64,000 nucleotides of DNA from Candidatus Levyibacteriota bacterium. GTDB taxonomy: Bacteria; Patescibacteriota; Microgenomatia; Levybacterales; UBA12049. The translations under genes and the position numbers were made by a program. The notes below the pieces were generated by a model. That model was not told the origin of the DNA. It searched no databases and saw only the letters and a list, made by a program, of their open reading frames with translations. The DNA is taken from the NCBI GenBank assembly GCA_016214555.1, contig JACROF010000002.1:69416-133415 (forward strand), read 5' to 3'. Of the stretch, positions 1 to 8,019 are shown one piece after another. Positions within the stretch are counted from its first letter, which is position 1. Every line of letters begins with the position of its first letter.

Positions 1-290
1 ACAACAGCGCTCTTGACTCCAAGAGAGCCGTAGCCACCCCCGCGAGTACGAGGCGTGACAGCATCAACCTGATCCTTGAGAATGTTTCTGCAAGATGACG
101 TGTCAATAAAGTTTCTCTGGCTCATGCCAACACCTGGAAGGTGTAGTAGCATTGCGTTGGGGCCTGACGAAAAATTGACTGCAGTGTTTTGATAACCGAG
201 TACATGAATGTGGCCGTCTCTTGGATGATCTGTCACATGTAGTGATAGAATTGTGCCAGAGAAGTCGGCCGGAGCACTCGAGATACACAT
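1..290 (-). CDS. hypothetical protein, N-terminal ~96 aa only (gene continues past window start)
   Basis: Minus-strand frame open to position 1. GGAGG lies 6 nt upstream of the ATG at 290 (alternative ATG at 302). Translation MCISSAPADFSGTILSLHVTDHPRDGHIHVLGYQ... is protein-like but not recognised. Confidence 0.35.
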   Translation of the reverse strand, partial: MCISSAPADFSGTILSLHVTDHPRDGHIHVLGYQNTAVNFSSGPNAMLLHLPGVGMSQRNFIDTSSCRNILKDQVDAVTPRTRGGGYGSLGVKSAV

Positions 291-450
291 GTTATCCTCC
301 ATATCTTACTCAAAGTAGAGCCAAGTGGACTCATACAACACTGAGCTTTCTACCTACTTAACATAAGCAAAAAGCTCAGGGCATGAGATCTTTGTCACAG
401 AAATGGTAAAGAACTGGGAAATTATACCAAAATTGTATAAAAGTATCAAA

Positions 451-1503
451 CTATAGGGCGGACTTGTTCACAAGCGCATCTTCAAGGGGGAATACAGAGG
501 TATCGCTTCCACTTTGATCTACTAAGTTTTGAGTAAATTCAACGTGAGGCTCATCAACTAATAACAACCCTATGCTCTCCCTTGGCACGCCACCCTCTAC
601 GACAAATTCTCTATGAATGTGAGACTGGGGAATCCACATTCTTTCTCTAGCAATATCTTTTGTATGTATCCCCACTACAACGGGAAAATTGCTTTTAATA
701 AGAGACTGAAGGAGTGCTTCATTGCTATTCTGTGGAGGAGTTTGAAGAAATGAAAGAAGTCTTCTTTTTTCATCAATAACCTTTCTGTAATTGTTAACAA
801 ATTTTCCATACGGGTCAGCATTGTGAGCAGCAATAAATTTCAGAATGCCGCTTTCTGACTGGTCAATTTCTTTCTGAATACTTTCTGGAGTAGTTTCTTT
901 TCCTGACCCAAAGTACATGCTTATCTGCTCTAACTCCTGCCACTGAACAAAGCTTGTGGCTATCTCGATGCCTCCTTCATGAAATGCAAAAATTCTCTCA
1001 CCAGCTATTGGTAGCATGTGCTCATCTCTTTGCTGAACAAGTGGAACAAGTCCATGCTCCAAGATCCCAGGAAGTGCTCCAGATACTGTGCCATGAAATC
1101 CATCAATTTCCTCACTCACTATTGTTGCTGCTAATTCTGGGCTCTTAACATAGATTTGAAGAAGTCTCGCTCGCCTGTCATAGTGGTCATAGGAAGCACT
1201 CCTTCCAGGATAACTTCTTGGGTAAACTCTCTTAAAAGTATGCCCTTTCAGGCTGTCTCTGAGTGCAATATCTTCAAGGTCCTGAAATGCAGCACTTCTT
1301 GCTTTTTCATTTCCGCTATGTTGGACACCAACAAGAGGAACTGCTCGAGTGTAGGCAGAAATTACGGAAGAAATATGTGATTGCTCTCTATAGCTGGAGG
1401 AATCAAATAGGGTCTGCAGATGATTGGTAACACTTGGCTGGTTGATGCTAATAGTATCTCTTTCAATCATAGTAATACTATAAATATAGTAAGAATAGGC
1501 CAC
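451..1503 (-). CDS. hypothetical protein (350 aa)
   Basis: Long ORF with no recognisable motifs. Confidence 0.55.
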   Translation of the reverse strand: MAYSYYIYSITMIERDTISINQPSVTNHLQTLFDSSSYREQSHISSVISAYTRAVPLVGVQHSGNEKARSAAFQDLEDIALRDSLKGHTFKRVYPRSYPGRSASYDHYDRRARLLQIYVKSPELAATIVSEEIDGFHGTVSGALPGILEHGLVPLVQQRDEHMLPIAGERIFAFHEGGIEIATSFVQWQELEQISMYFGSGKETTPESIQKEIDQSESGILKFIAAHNADPYGKFVNNYRKVIDEKRRLLSFLQTPPQNSNEALLQSLIKSNFPVVVGIHTKDIARERMWIPQSHIHREFVVEGGVPRESIGLLLVDEPHVEFTQNLVDQSGSDTSVFPLEDALVNKSAL

Positions 1504-1547
1504 CTACGATGAGACGGCCGGTTGTTAGTCAGGACTATGAGTGAGAC

Positions 1548-1724
1548 TTATGGATTCCGACTGGGCGGATCTCCTGGATGAAACGTTTTATTCCGAGGCA
1601 CAGGTTTTCTCGTGCTCCATCCAAGCGGGTCGCCGGGGTGCCCAATCTCTCCGTGAACCACTACTTGAGGCTTTTGGGGCTTTTTGTCCTTCTTGCCAAA
1701 AAGTCCAGACAGAAAACCAAACAT
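1548..1724 (-). CDS. small hypothetical protein (58 aa, MFGFLSGLFGKKDKKPQ...)
   Basis: AAGGAG lies 7 nt upstream of the internal ATG at 1724. The surrounding DNA is locally GC-richer. This could instead be non-coding. Confidence 0.25.
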   Translation of the reverse strand: MFGFLSGLFGKKDKKPQKPQVVVHGEIGHPGDPLGWSTRKPVPRNKTFHPGDPPSRNP

Positions 1725-2041
1725 GTTCCACTCCTTCACTAAAAACTAACGGACTTACTAAATTTTACTCTGTTTTAATTCAAAAGTCAAACTATGGGAC
1801 ATTATTTTGTCTTAGCTTTACAGAAAGTAGCATTTACTTACTATGGTAGAACTTCAACAGCCTGAGCCCCATCCTGCACAAGAAACTGGGTATCAGATGT
1901 ATATTCGCAAGAGAGTAGAGAGCCTCAAAGCAAACCCAGAGTTTCATGGAGTGTACTCATGGTACAAAGAACGTATAGATGGTATGTCTAAGATGGATAT
2001 TGTCACAGGTCCTCTTACTGATGAGGAAAAATGGAAGCATA

Positions 2042-2611
2042 CTAAGACTCCGCGTTTGAAGATTCAAGGAGTCTCCAATTGTGCGAGACATATGGCTCGC
2101 TACAGAGATTGCGATTAAAGCAACAAGGTCTTCTCATACCTTTACGCAGTTTGTCTATGGCAACATCTATATGTTTTTGACGAGTTTGGGGAGTCTTTAC
2201 AGCTCTTATCCATCTGATCCAGTCCCAGCGAGCACTTGGTGTGATATCAAGCCATAGTGCTTTTTCTTTTGGGGCAGCATTTAAAGCTCTTTGCAAATCA
2301 TCTGGGATTTCTGGTTCGATCCATTCTTTGGTAGGCTCAAGTGATACTTGTACGGTACTGCCTACTTTTGCGTGAGCTTCTTTAAGCAATTTGTCATCAG
2401 GGGCAAACCAATGACTAGGTTTAAGCCCTGGGCCGTACTTCCCATCTGGCTCAAGGAGAGTCTTAAAGGGCACATTGTTAACTGTTCCTTTGACCATAAG
2501 CATACTTCTTGTAGGAAGCTTTGCTGAGGCGTCTTCAGGAAGTCTTAAAATAGTCCATCCGTGAATTTTAAATAACGTTGTTTCAAAGTGAATGAGATTG
2601 CCTGTCTTCAC
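2042..2611 (-). CDS. DUF1905 / YdeI-OmpD-associated family protein
   Basis: N-terminal DUF1905-like beta region (LPEDASAKLPTRSMLMVKGTVNNVPFKT) plus a C-terminal W-rich segment (SARWDWIRWIRAVKTPQTR) typical of the YdeI family. Confidence 0.6.
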   Translation of the reverse strand: MKTGNLIHFETTLFKIHGWTILRLPEDASAKLPTRSMLMVKGTVNNVPFKTLLEPDGKYGPGLKPSHWFAPDDKLLKEAHAKVGSTVQVSLEPTKEWIEPEIPDDLQRALNAAPKEKALWLDITPSARWDWIRWIRAVKTPQTRQKHIDVAIDKLRKGMRRPCCFNRNLCSEPYVSHNWRLLESSNAES

Positions 2612-2677
2612 ATCAGTTATTATATCAAAGGGTAAGATCTGAGTTTTTTGATTTTAGCCTTTGAGAACAATCCCAGG

Positions 2678-4006
2678 TCATACATTAGCAAAAAGTGGCC
2701 TAAATTCTTCAGGGATCGACTGAAGAGAACCAACAGATAAAATGCTTTTAAGTGATGAAACGTTAAGTTTTGGTTTGACCTCATCATTAAAGTACCGCAT
2801 AAGGAAATCATTACTGTACTCTCCTTTTTGAGAGGCGAGGACTAAAGCATACTGCATTTCCTCAGGCAGACCTACACATTCAAAAGGTTTAAACTTCTCG
2901 ATCCCTAATAATTCTTTACATATCGGAAGAAGTTCGGCATCTTGGTACATGTTTCCTTCAAAAATAGCAACAAGCTGTGCCTTCTTTATAAATGCTGATA
3001 AGAGAGTAAAGACAAAAAGACACTTGGCACACTTTTTGCACCACTTACTGGCTTGCGTCTTATTATTTGCTCTAAAATTGCCATTGCAACTGGAAAAAAT
3101 TGTAAAGTACTCAGAGTACAGGGAAAACAACTCGACTATTTTAATCTCTTTAAGAGGTCTAAGAAGAGAAAAGTACGTAATATCAGAAGTAATAAATGAT
3201 AAAAGATATTTTCTAAAAAGGACTTCAAATTCGTAGGACTTGCTCCATTGGTGATTTATTTCCTGCCCCAGATAGGTTACATTCCCATAATTTGCACTTT
3301 CCTCATTTGAGACGACAATATAACGAAAATCATAAAGTACTGCTGCTAACAATCCAAAAAATGCATATTGTGTAGATACAGGGTTATGCCCACTATATGC
3401 ATCCTTATCTTCAAGCATAAAAACTTTTGGATCTAGTGCTCGCTCAAATAGTATCTTACTTGACTCAAGAGTCTGAATAATCTCATCTCTTATAGGGTGA
3501 CTATTGATTACAAACGAACAAAATTCTTTTCTGTGCTTTTTTAATAATTCTGCTGAGACTATTGAGTCTTTTCCTCCACCAATTCCCACAAGAGAGCGAT
3601 TTTTTCGGGGGAAAAAGTCACTTTTTTGCTCTACATTTTGGTAGGGGAATTGAACGAGATTTCTATAGTCAATAGCATTTTTAAAAAATAGCTCACCCAA
3701 CCCTTTTTCATATACAGTATTCCAAAAAGTTGCCTGATCCTTATTTAGAGCAATCGATTGCAGCTCAATTTTGGAAGGACAGTAGAGTTTCCAATAGCTG
3801 ATGCCTAAAGCCAGGAAAAGGCTATGTAAAACATTGGTGAGGAGTTGGGGCGGTATATTAGAAATAGTATCTACTGGAGGAATTAAAACTTTCTCAACAA
3901 ATGAAATGGCTTCATTATTTCTTACAATTTGATAGTAAAACTCGAGTCTTCCCTCAGTAAAATCAGTCTCATATCTTTTAAAAATAAATGTATCTTCCGT
4001 TGTCAC
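2678..4006 (-). CDS. PP-loop ATP pyrophosphatase-domain protein (QueC/ExsB-like core with N- and C-terminal extensions)
   Basis: PP-loop motif GIGGGKDS (SGGxDS-type). About 170 aa downstream lies CKKCAKC, matching the CxxCxxC zinc motif of QueC. Total length is 442 aa, versus about 220 aa for canonical QueC. Confidence 0.6.
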   Translation of the reverse strand: MTTEDTFIFKRYETDFTEGRLEFYYQIVRNNEAISFVEKVLIPPVDTISNIPPQLLTNVLHSLFLALGISYWKLYCPSKIELQSIALNKDQATFWNTVYEKGLGELFFKNAIDYRNLVQFPYQNVEQKSDFFPRKNRSLVGIGGGKDSIVSAELLKKHRKEFCSFVINSHPIRDEIIQTLESSKILFERALDPKVFMLEDKDAYSGHNPVSTQYAFFGLLAAVLYDFRYIVVSNEESANYGNVTYLGQEINHQWSKSYEFEVLFRKYLLSFITSDITYFSLLRPLKEIKIVELFSLYSEYFTIFSSCNGNFRANNKTQASKWCKKCAKCLFVFTLLSAFIKKAQLVAIFEGNMYQDAELLPICKELLGIEKFKPFECVGLPEEMQYALVLASQKGEYSNDFLMRYFNDEVKPKLNVSSLKSILSVGSLQSIPEEFRPLFANV

Positions 4007-4104
4007 GCAGTTATTGTATCAAAGATTTGAGTACTGCACTGAATAGTATTGATGAGCAAGTCTCCCTGAGGCTAGAAAAATTGGGCGAAGCCACGTTTGA
4101 CGTG

Positions 4105-4177
4105 GGTGGCTAACGGGGTTCGAACCCGCGACGTCCAGCTCCACAAGCTGGCGCTCTACCACTGAGCTATAGCCACC
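4105..4177 (-). tRNA. tRNA-His (anticodon GTG)
   Basis: Cloverleaf GGTGGCTA-TA-GCTC..GAGC-CCAGC TTGTGGA GCTGG-GCGGG TTCGAAC CCCGT-TAGCCACC. It has the extra 5' G(-1) paired to discriminator C, the His hallmark. A 5-bp hairpin (ccacg/cgtgg, 4091-4105) immediately follows. Confidence 0.85.
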
Positions 4178-4226
4178 ATATTTGGTTATTATAGCATACT
4201 CAGCTTCAAATTTGACTTGTTTTTGA

Positions 4227-4910
4227 TTGGATTTTCAGTATAATCCGTTCATGGAGATCAGAAAACCAAATCCTGCTTTTGAAGTGCATGAATACGGGCA
4301 AGAACTAAGACAAATTTTAGGTGAAAATCTCCCTAGTCATTCGTTTTTGCTCCAATATAGACCAAATAAGAATTGGTTTTACTATGAATATGAAGGTATC
4401 CATGGAATGAGACATATTACTAGAGTACTAATTCTTCAAGAGTTGCTTGCTTCACTAACAGAACGGGCAAGAAGTATGCTACTTAATAGAGAAGCACTTC
4501 GATTTGCAGCGATTACCCACGACCTTCGAAGACAGAGTGATTTAGCAGATGAGTCTCATGGGCAAAGAGCAGGAATATGGATAAAAGAACATTTGCAAGA
4601 CCTATGTGACTCGAAAACTCTCGAAATGACTGCTGAGCTTAATACTAGACATAATGATGGTATAAAACTTCCCTTTGAAGAGTTTCCCGAGTTAGCCCTT
4701 TTTAAGGATGCTGATGCTCTTGATAGATGTAGATTTGGAGAAAGATCATATACAAAGCTCAATGAGAGAGCACTAAGAACGGAAGAGTCAAAAACGCTTA
4801 TCATTCCAGCAAAAGCAATATATCTTCTCTCAGAAGCAAAAGTAAGAGAAGGAGTAGATCACTTTGAGGCTCCTCTTGATGCGGCAGCAGAACTAGGGCT
4901 CATTTCTTGA
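4227..4910 (+). CDS. HD-domain phosphohydrolase-family protein
   Basis: Motifs HGMRHITRV ... ITHDLRR ... FKDADALDR match the H..HD..D metal-binding pattern. The ORF begins with TTG at 4227. An alternative ATG at 4251 sits directly after a TATAAT at 4240-4245, so the mRNA may be leaderless. Confidence 0.6.
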   Translation: MDFQYNPFMEIRKPNPAFEVHEYGQELRQILGENLPSHSFLLQYRPNKNWFYYEYEGIHGMRHITRVLILQELLASLTERARSMLLNREALRFAAITHDLRRQSDLADESHGQRAGIWIKEHLQDLCDSKTLEMTAELNTRHNDGIKLPFEEFPELALFKDADALDRCRFGERSYTKLNERALRTEESKTLIIPAKAIYLLSEAKVREGVDHFEAPLDAAAELGLIS

Positions 4911-5633
4911 GGCTAATAAAGGGTCGTTAAGTTCTCTCACAAATTCACCTGATACTGTGGCCTCGACATCTTCATCTATGCCAAACTCAACAACATTTCT
5001 TACTCTAGTTAGTCCTCTAGGAACTGCAAAAGTACGATACGACCAGGAAGCTTTAGCGCCTTCAGTCATTGTTCGTTCCTCTGCTTCATCATTGGGGACT
5101 CCTTCTGCCAGTAGTCGTGTAAGCTCTGCATTTTTTACGGAAAAATATGCAACAAAATTGTCGCTTGGGTCAGTGTGGCTTACAGACCCATATTTTAAAC
5201 TTTTATAATGTCTGCTTCCTGGAAAATCAAACATTATTGCATTGACTGGTCCATGGATTGTTTCAAAATATGAGAGAGCTGCCTGAGTGAGCTCCTTTGC
5301 GCGGAAATCAGGATTTTTGTACCTTCTACCACCTTTTTCAATGACTGTACTGACATTGATACTCACCCTATTTGTTATTTGCTCAGGATCCTCTTCAACA
5401 CTATCCGGGAAGTCAAAAAAATCAACCTCAAGTCCTACTTGGGGCTCATCTAGATCATGTATCTCAACTCTGTCATTATCCGCATAAATACTTACTCTAT
5501 CTTCGGAGATTGCTGCTTTTACAATAACTTTGTGGTCAGGAAGCATTGCAATTTGAGCAAAGTCAACAGGAATACCCCCAATTTTTGGAAAAGACTCTGG
5601 GTTGACGGGTAAGGGTTTGCCAATTTCTGTCAT
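4893..5633 (-). CDS. hypothetical protein (246 aa)
   Basis: Long ORF. Its 3' end overlaps the convergent HD-domain gene by 18 nt. Confidence 0.55.
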   Translation of the reverse strand: MTEIGKPLPVNPESFPKIGGIPVDFAQIAMLPDHKVIVKAAISEDRVSIYADNDRVEIHDLDEPQVGLEVDFFDFPDSVEEDPEQITNRVSINVSTVIEKGGRRYKNPDFRAKELTQAALSYFETIHGPVNAIMFDFPGSRHYKSLKYGSVSHTDPSDNFVAYFSVKNAELTRLLAEGVPNDEAEERTMTEGAKASWSYRTFAVPRGLTRVRNVVEFGIDEDVEATVSGEFVRELNDPLLASRNEP

Positions 5634-5639
5634 AGTGAG

Positions 5640-5712
5640 TACGCCTGGAGGGATTCGAACCCCCGACCCCGTCGTTAGAACCGAGATGCTCTATCCACTG
5701 AGCTACAGGCGC
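5640..5712 (-). tRNA. tRNA-Arg (anticodon TCT), one C-C mismatch in anticodon stem
   Basis: GCGCCTG-TA-GCTC AGTGGATA GAGC-A-TCTCG GTTCTAA CGACG-GGGTC-GGGGG TTCGAAT CCCTC-CAGGCGT-A. The D, T and acceptor arms fit well. The anticodon assignment is the weakest part of the call. Confidence 0.65.
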
Positions 5713-5996
5713 AAACTTTATATTCTAGTTTTTAGATATCTTTTTCCAAAACCAGTCTTAAAATACTTTTCTCTTTTAATGATTTTTTCTCATCATGGCA
5801 TAAGTAAAATACATACCTATCCACTGAGCCCTGCCCGCAACGACTCGCAAGCTTGTCTTGCGTGGCAGGCGGGTACAGGCGCATTTTAGCGAATAGCTTA
5901 TGGCTAATTACCAAGAGTATTGTATCAATACTATGCTTTGATCGCAAACTGTCTTGATCTCAATTGACAAAAAAACGTGTTCATTATACTATCTAA

Positions 5997-7007
5997 GTGT
6001 TGGATACTAGCGTACATAGCATGTTACATCGATTTTACTCTTATTTATTAAAAAACCAAGTCATATTAGCTCTCTTTTTGATTGCTGCAGGATGGCTATT
6101 GTTGCAGACAAGAGGGATTATTACCTCAATTTTTATCGCGTATATCATCAACGCAGCTCTGCTACCCGTTGTAAAATACCTGAGAAACAAAAAAGTTCCT
6201 CACTTTTTTGCTGTTCTTATCCCATATATTGGCATTGCTATTGTTGTTTTTCTTATTATTTTTCCCCTTGTGCCTTTTCTTATTGACCAAGTAAAGGCAC
6301 TCCTTGGAGGTCTTCCATCCTATATCAAACAAGCAGCCGATGTATCAGGACTTACTGTTGATGCCACACAAATTCAGTCATATGTCACAAGAGAAGTTAA
6401 TTCAATTGGTAGTAATGCATTTAGCGTCACCAGTAAAGTGTTTGGAGGACTTTTTTCAACATTGACGGTACTGGTGGTCAGCTTTTATCTTATTTTGTAC
6501 CATGAAAGATTCAAAGAAAATATTGCACACCTCTTTCATAAAAATGACAGGGAGCGAGTCCTCAGCACACTTTCTCTTATTGATGAGAAGTTAGGAGCAT
6601 GGCTTACAGGACAGGTTCTTCTCTCTCTTTTCATCGGTGTAATTACATGGGCTGCACTTAGTATCATTGGTTTTCCTTATGCGCTTCCTCTTGGAATTCT
6701 TGCTGGCATTCTTGAAATCGTTCCAACAATTGGGCCTATCCTTTCTGCGATTCCTGCAATTGTTGTTGCGCTTACTGTCTCACCACCTTTGGCGATTATT
6801 ATCGCTCTCATATATTTTGGGATTCAGATGATTGAAAATAACGTACTTGTGCCAAAAATTATGCAGAGAGCAGTTGGACTCAATCCTGTGCTTGTAATCG
6901 TAGCTGTCATGATAGGAGCAAATCTTTTAGGAGTCTTGGGCGCTCTTCTGGCAGTACCATTTGTTTCATTTCTTATTGTTCTCTTTAACGGCCTGAGTGA
7001 GGAATAG
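5997..7007 (+). CDS. AI-2E family transporter (PerM/YhhT, UPF0118)
   Basis: 336 aa with 7-8 predicted TM helices. The layout and C-terminal region (VPFVSFLIVLFNG) are typical of AI-2E transporters. Confidence 0.8.
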   Translation: MLDTSVHSMLHRFYSYLLKNQVILALFLIAAGWLLLQTRGIITSIFIAYIINAALLPVVKYLRNKKVPHFFAVLIPYIGIAIVVFLIIFPLVPFLIDQVKALLGGLPSYIKQAADVSGLTVDATQIQSYVTREVNSIGSNAFSVTSKVFGGLFSTLTVLVVSFYLILYHERFKENIAHLFHKNDRERVLSTLSLIDEKLGAWLTGQVLLSLFIGVITWAALSIIGFPYALPLGILAGILEIVPTIGPILSAIPAIVVALTVSPPLAIIIALIYFGIQMIENNVLVPKIMQRAVGLNPVLVIVAVMIGANLLGVLGALLAVPFVSFLIVLFNGLSEE

Positions 7008-7601
7008 CTATTTCTTTTCAGCAACGATAAGTGTCCAGGGGATAGGGTGGAGTGCTTTTTTGACTACTAAATACTTTGAGACAAAATTCCTAAACATAAA
7101 AAATGTCCAGTGATTAATGTGCTCAATATCGTTGCCAAAGCGTGAAAGATTTTTACCTCTTAAAAAATTTCCAAGCATAAAAAATGGCTCATTAGGTACA
7201 GAGAGCAGACAGTACTTTTTACTTACTCTAACCAACTCTTTTAATGCTTTTTCCGGGTCATCGACGTGCTCTAAGACCTCAGAGCAGATAACTAAATCAA
7301 AAGAGTTATCTTTATAATCCAGGTCATAAATGGTGCCCTGCTTGAGCTTTAATTTAGGATGCTCTTTCTTCCCAAGCTCAATTGCTCGATCAAGAAAATC
7401 GACCCCCTCAAGTCTCTCACCGACTCCATTGGTGCGCAATTTCTCAAGAGTAAACCCCTCACCGCACCCGACATCAAGAACCGTTTTTGGTGATAGTTTT
7501 TTTGCCTCTTCCAAAAGAGCAGCATTGAATTGACCTAAAAGTTTTTGTTGAATGGTACTTGAGCTTTTATGTTTGCGATAGTTATCTGTAGTAGCATGCA
7601 T
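7008..7601 (-). CDS. class I SAM-dependent methyltransferase
   Basis: Motif I VLDVGCGEG and motif post-I DLVICSEVLEHV. Confidence 0.8.
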   Translation of the reverse strand: MHATTDNYRKHKSSSTIQQKLLGQFNAALLEEAKKLSPKTVLDVGCGEGFTLEKLRTNGVGERLEGVDFLDRAIELGKKEHPKLKLKQGTIYDLDYKDNSFDLVICSEVLEHVDDPEKALKELVRVSKKYCLLSVPNEPFFMLGNFLRGKNLSRFGNDIEHINHWTFFMFRNFVSKYLVVKKALHPIPWTLIVAEKK

Positions 7602-7604
7602 AGA

Positions 7605-7847
7605 CTATTTATTAAACAATTTTTGCAACTTTCTTCTTCCCGCACCACTTTTCCAATACAACTCTCTTTTCATCGCTTCAGTTGAGGATAAGAACTCCTC
7701 AAAAAATAAGAGCTTAAAAGGTACTCGCTGCTTTGTTGACTTAACAAATCCAGAATTATGTTGCTTTAACCTTCGTTCTAAGTTATCGATATAACCTGTA
7801 TATGTTCTTAGATCTTTCAGGCTCTGAAGAACATAAACATAGAACAT
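7605..7847 (-). CDS. GIY-YIG nuclease-family small protein (UPF0213/YhbQ-like)
   Basis: 80 aa, starting YVYVLQS...YTGYIDNLERRLKQHN, the GIY-YIG signature. It lies directly next to tRNA-Gly. Confidence 0.7.
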   Translation of the reverse strand: MFYVYVLQSLKDLRTYTGYIDNLERRLKQHNSGFVKSTKQRVPFKLLFFEEFLSSTEAMKRELYWKSGAGRRKLQKLFNK

Positions 7848-7858
7848 AATTTTCTAGG

Positions 7859-7929
7859 AGCGGGTGAAGGGAATCGAACCCTCGTATCAACTTTGGAAAA
7901 GTTGTGTTCTACCATTGAACTACACCCGC
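7859..7929 (-). tRNA. tRNA-Gly (anticodon TCC)
   Basis: GCGGGTG-TA-GTTC AATGGTA GAAC-A-CAACT TTTCCAA AGTTG-ATAC-GAGGG TTCGATT CCCTT-CACCCGC-T. The discriminator is U. Confidence 0.85.
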
Positions 7930-8019
7930 AGTGGAAAGATTATATCATTTTACTATTTGAAAAATCCATAAATCAGCTTGTGTGTTACATGACAATTTGT
8001 TTATACTCATGGAAGCCTC

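Noticed and set aside
5602-5947. ORFs 5602-5889 (+) and 5732-5947 (-).
   Set aside because: They overlap tRNA-Arg and the pseudo-tRNA fragments. They have no RBS and low-complexity translations.
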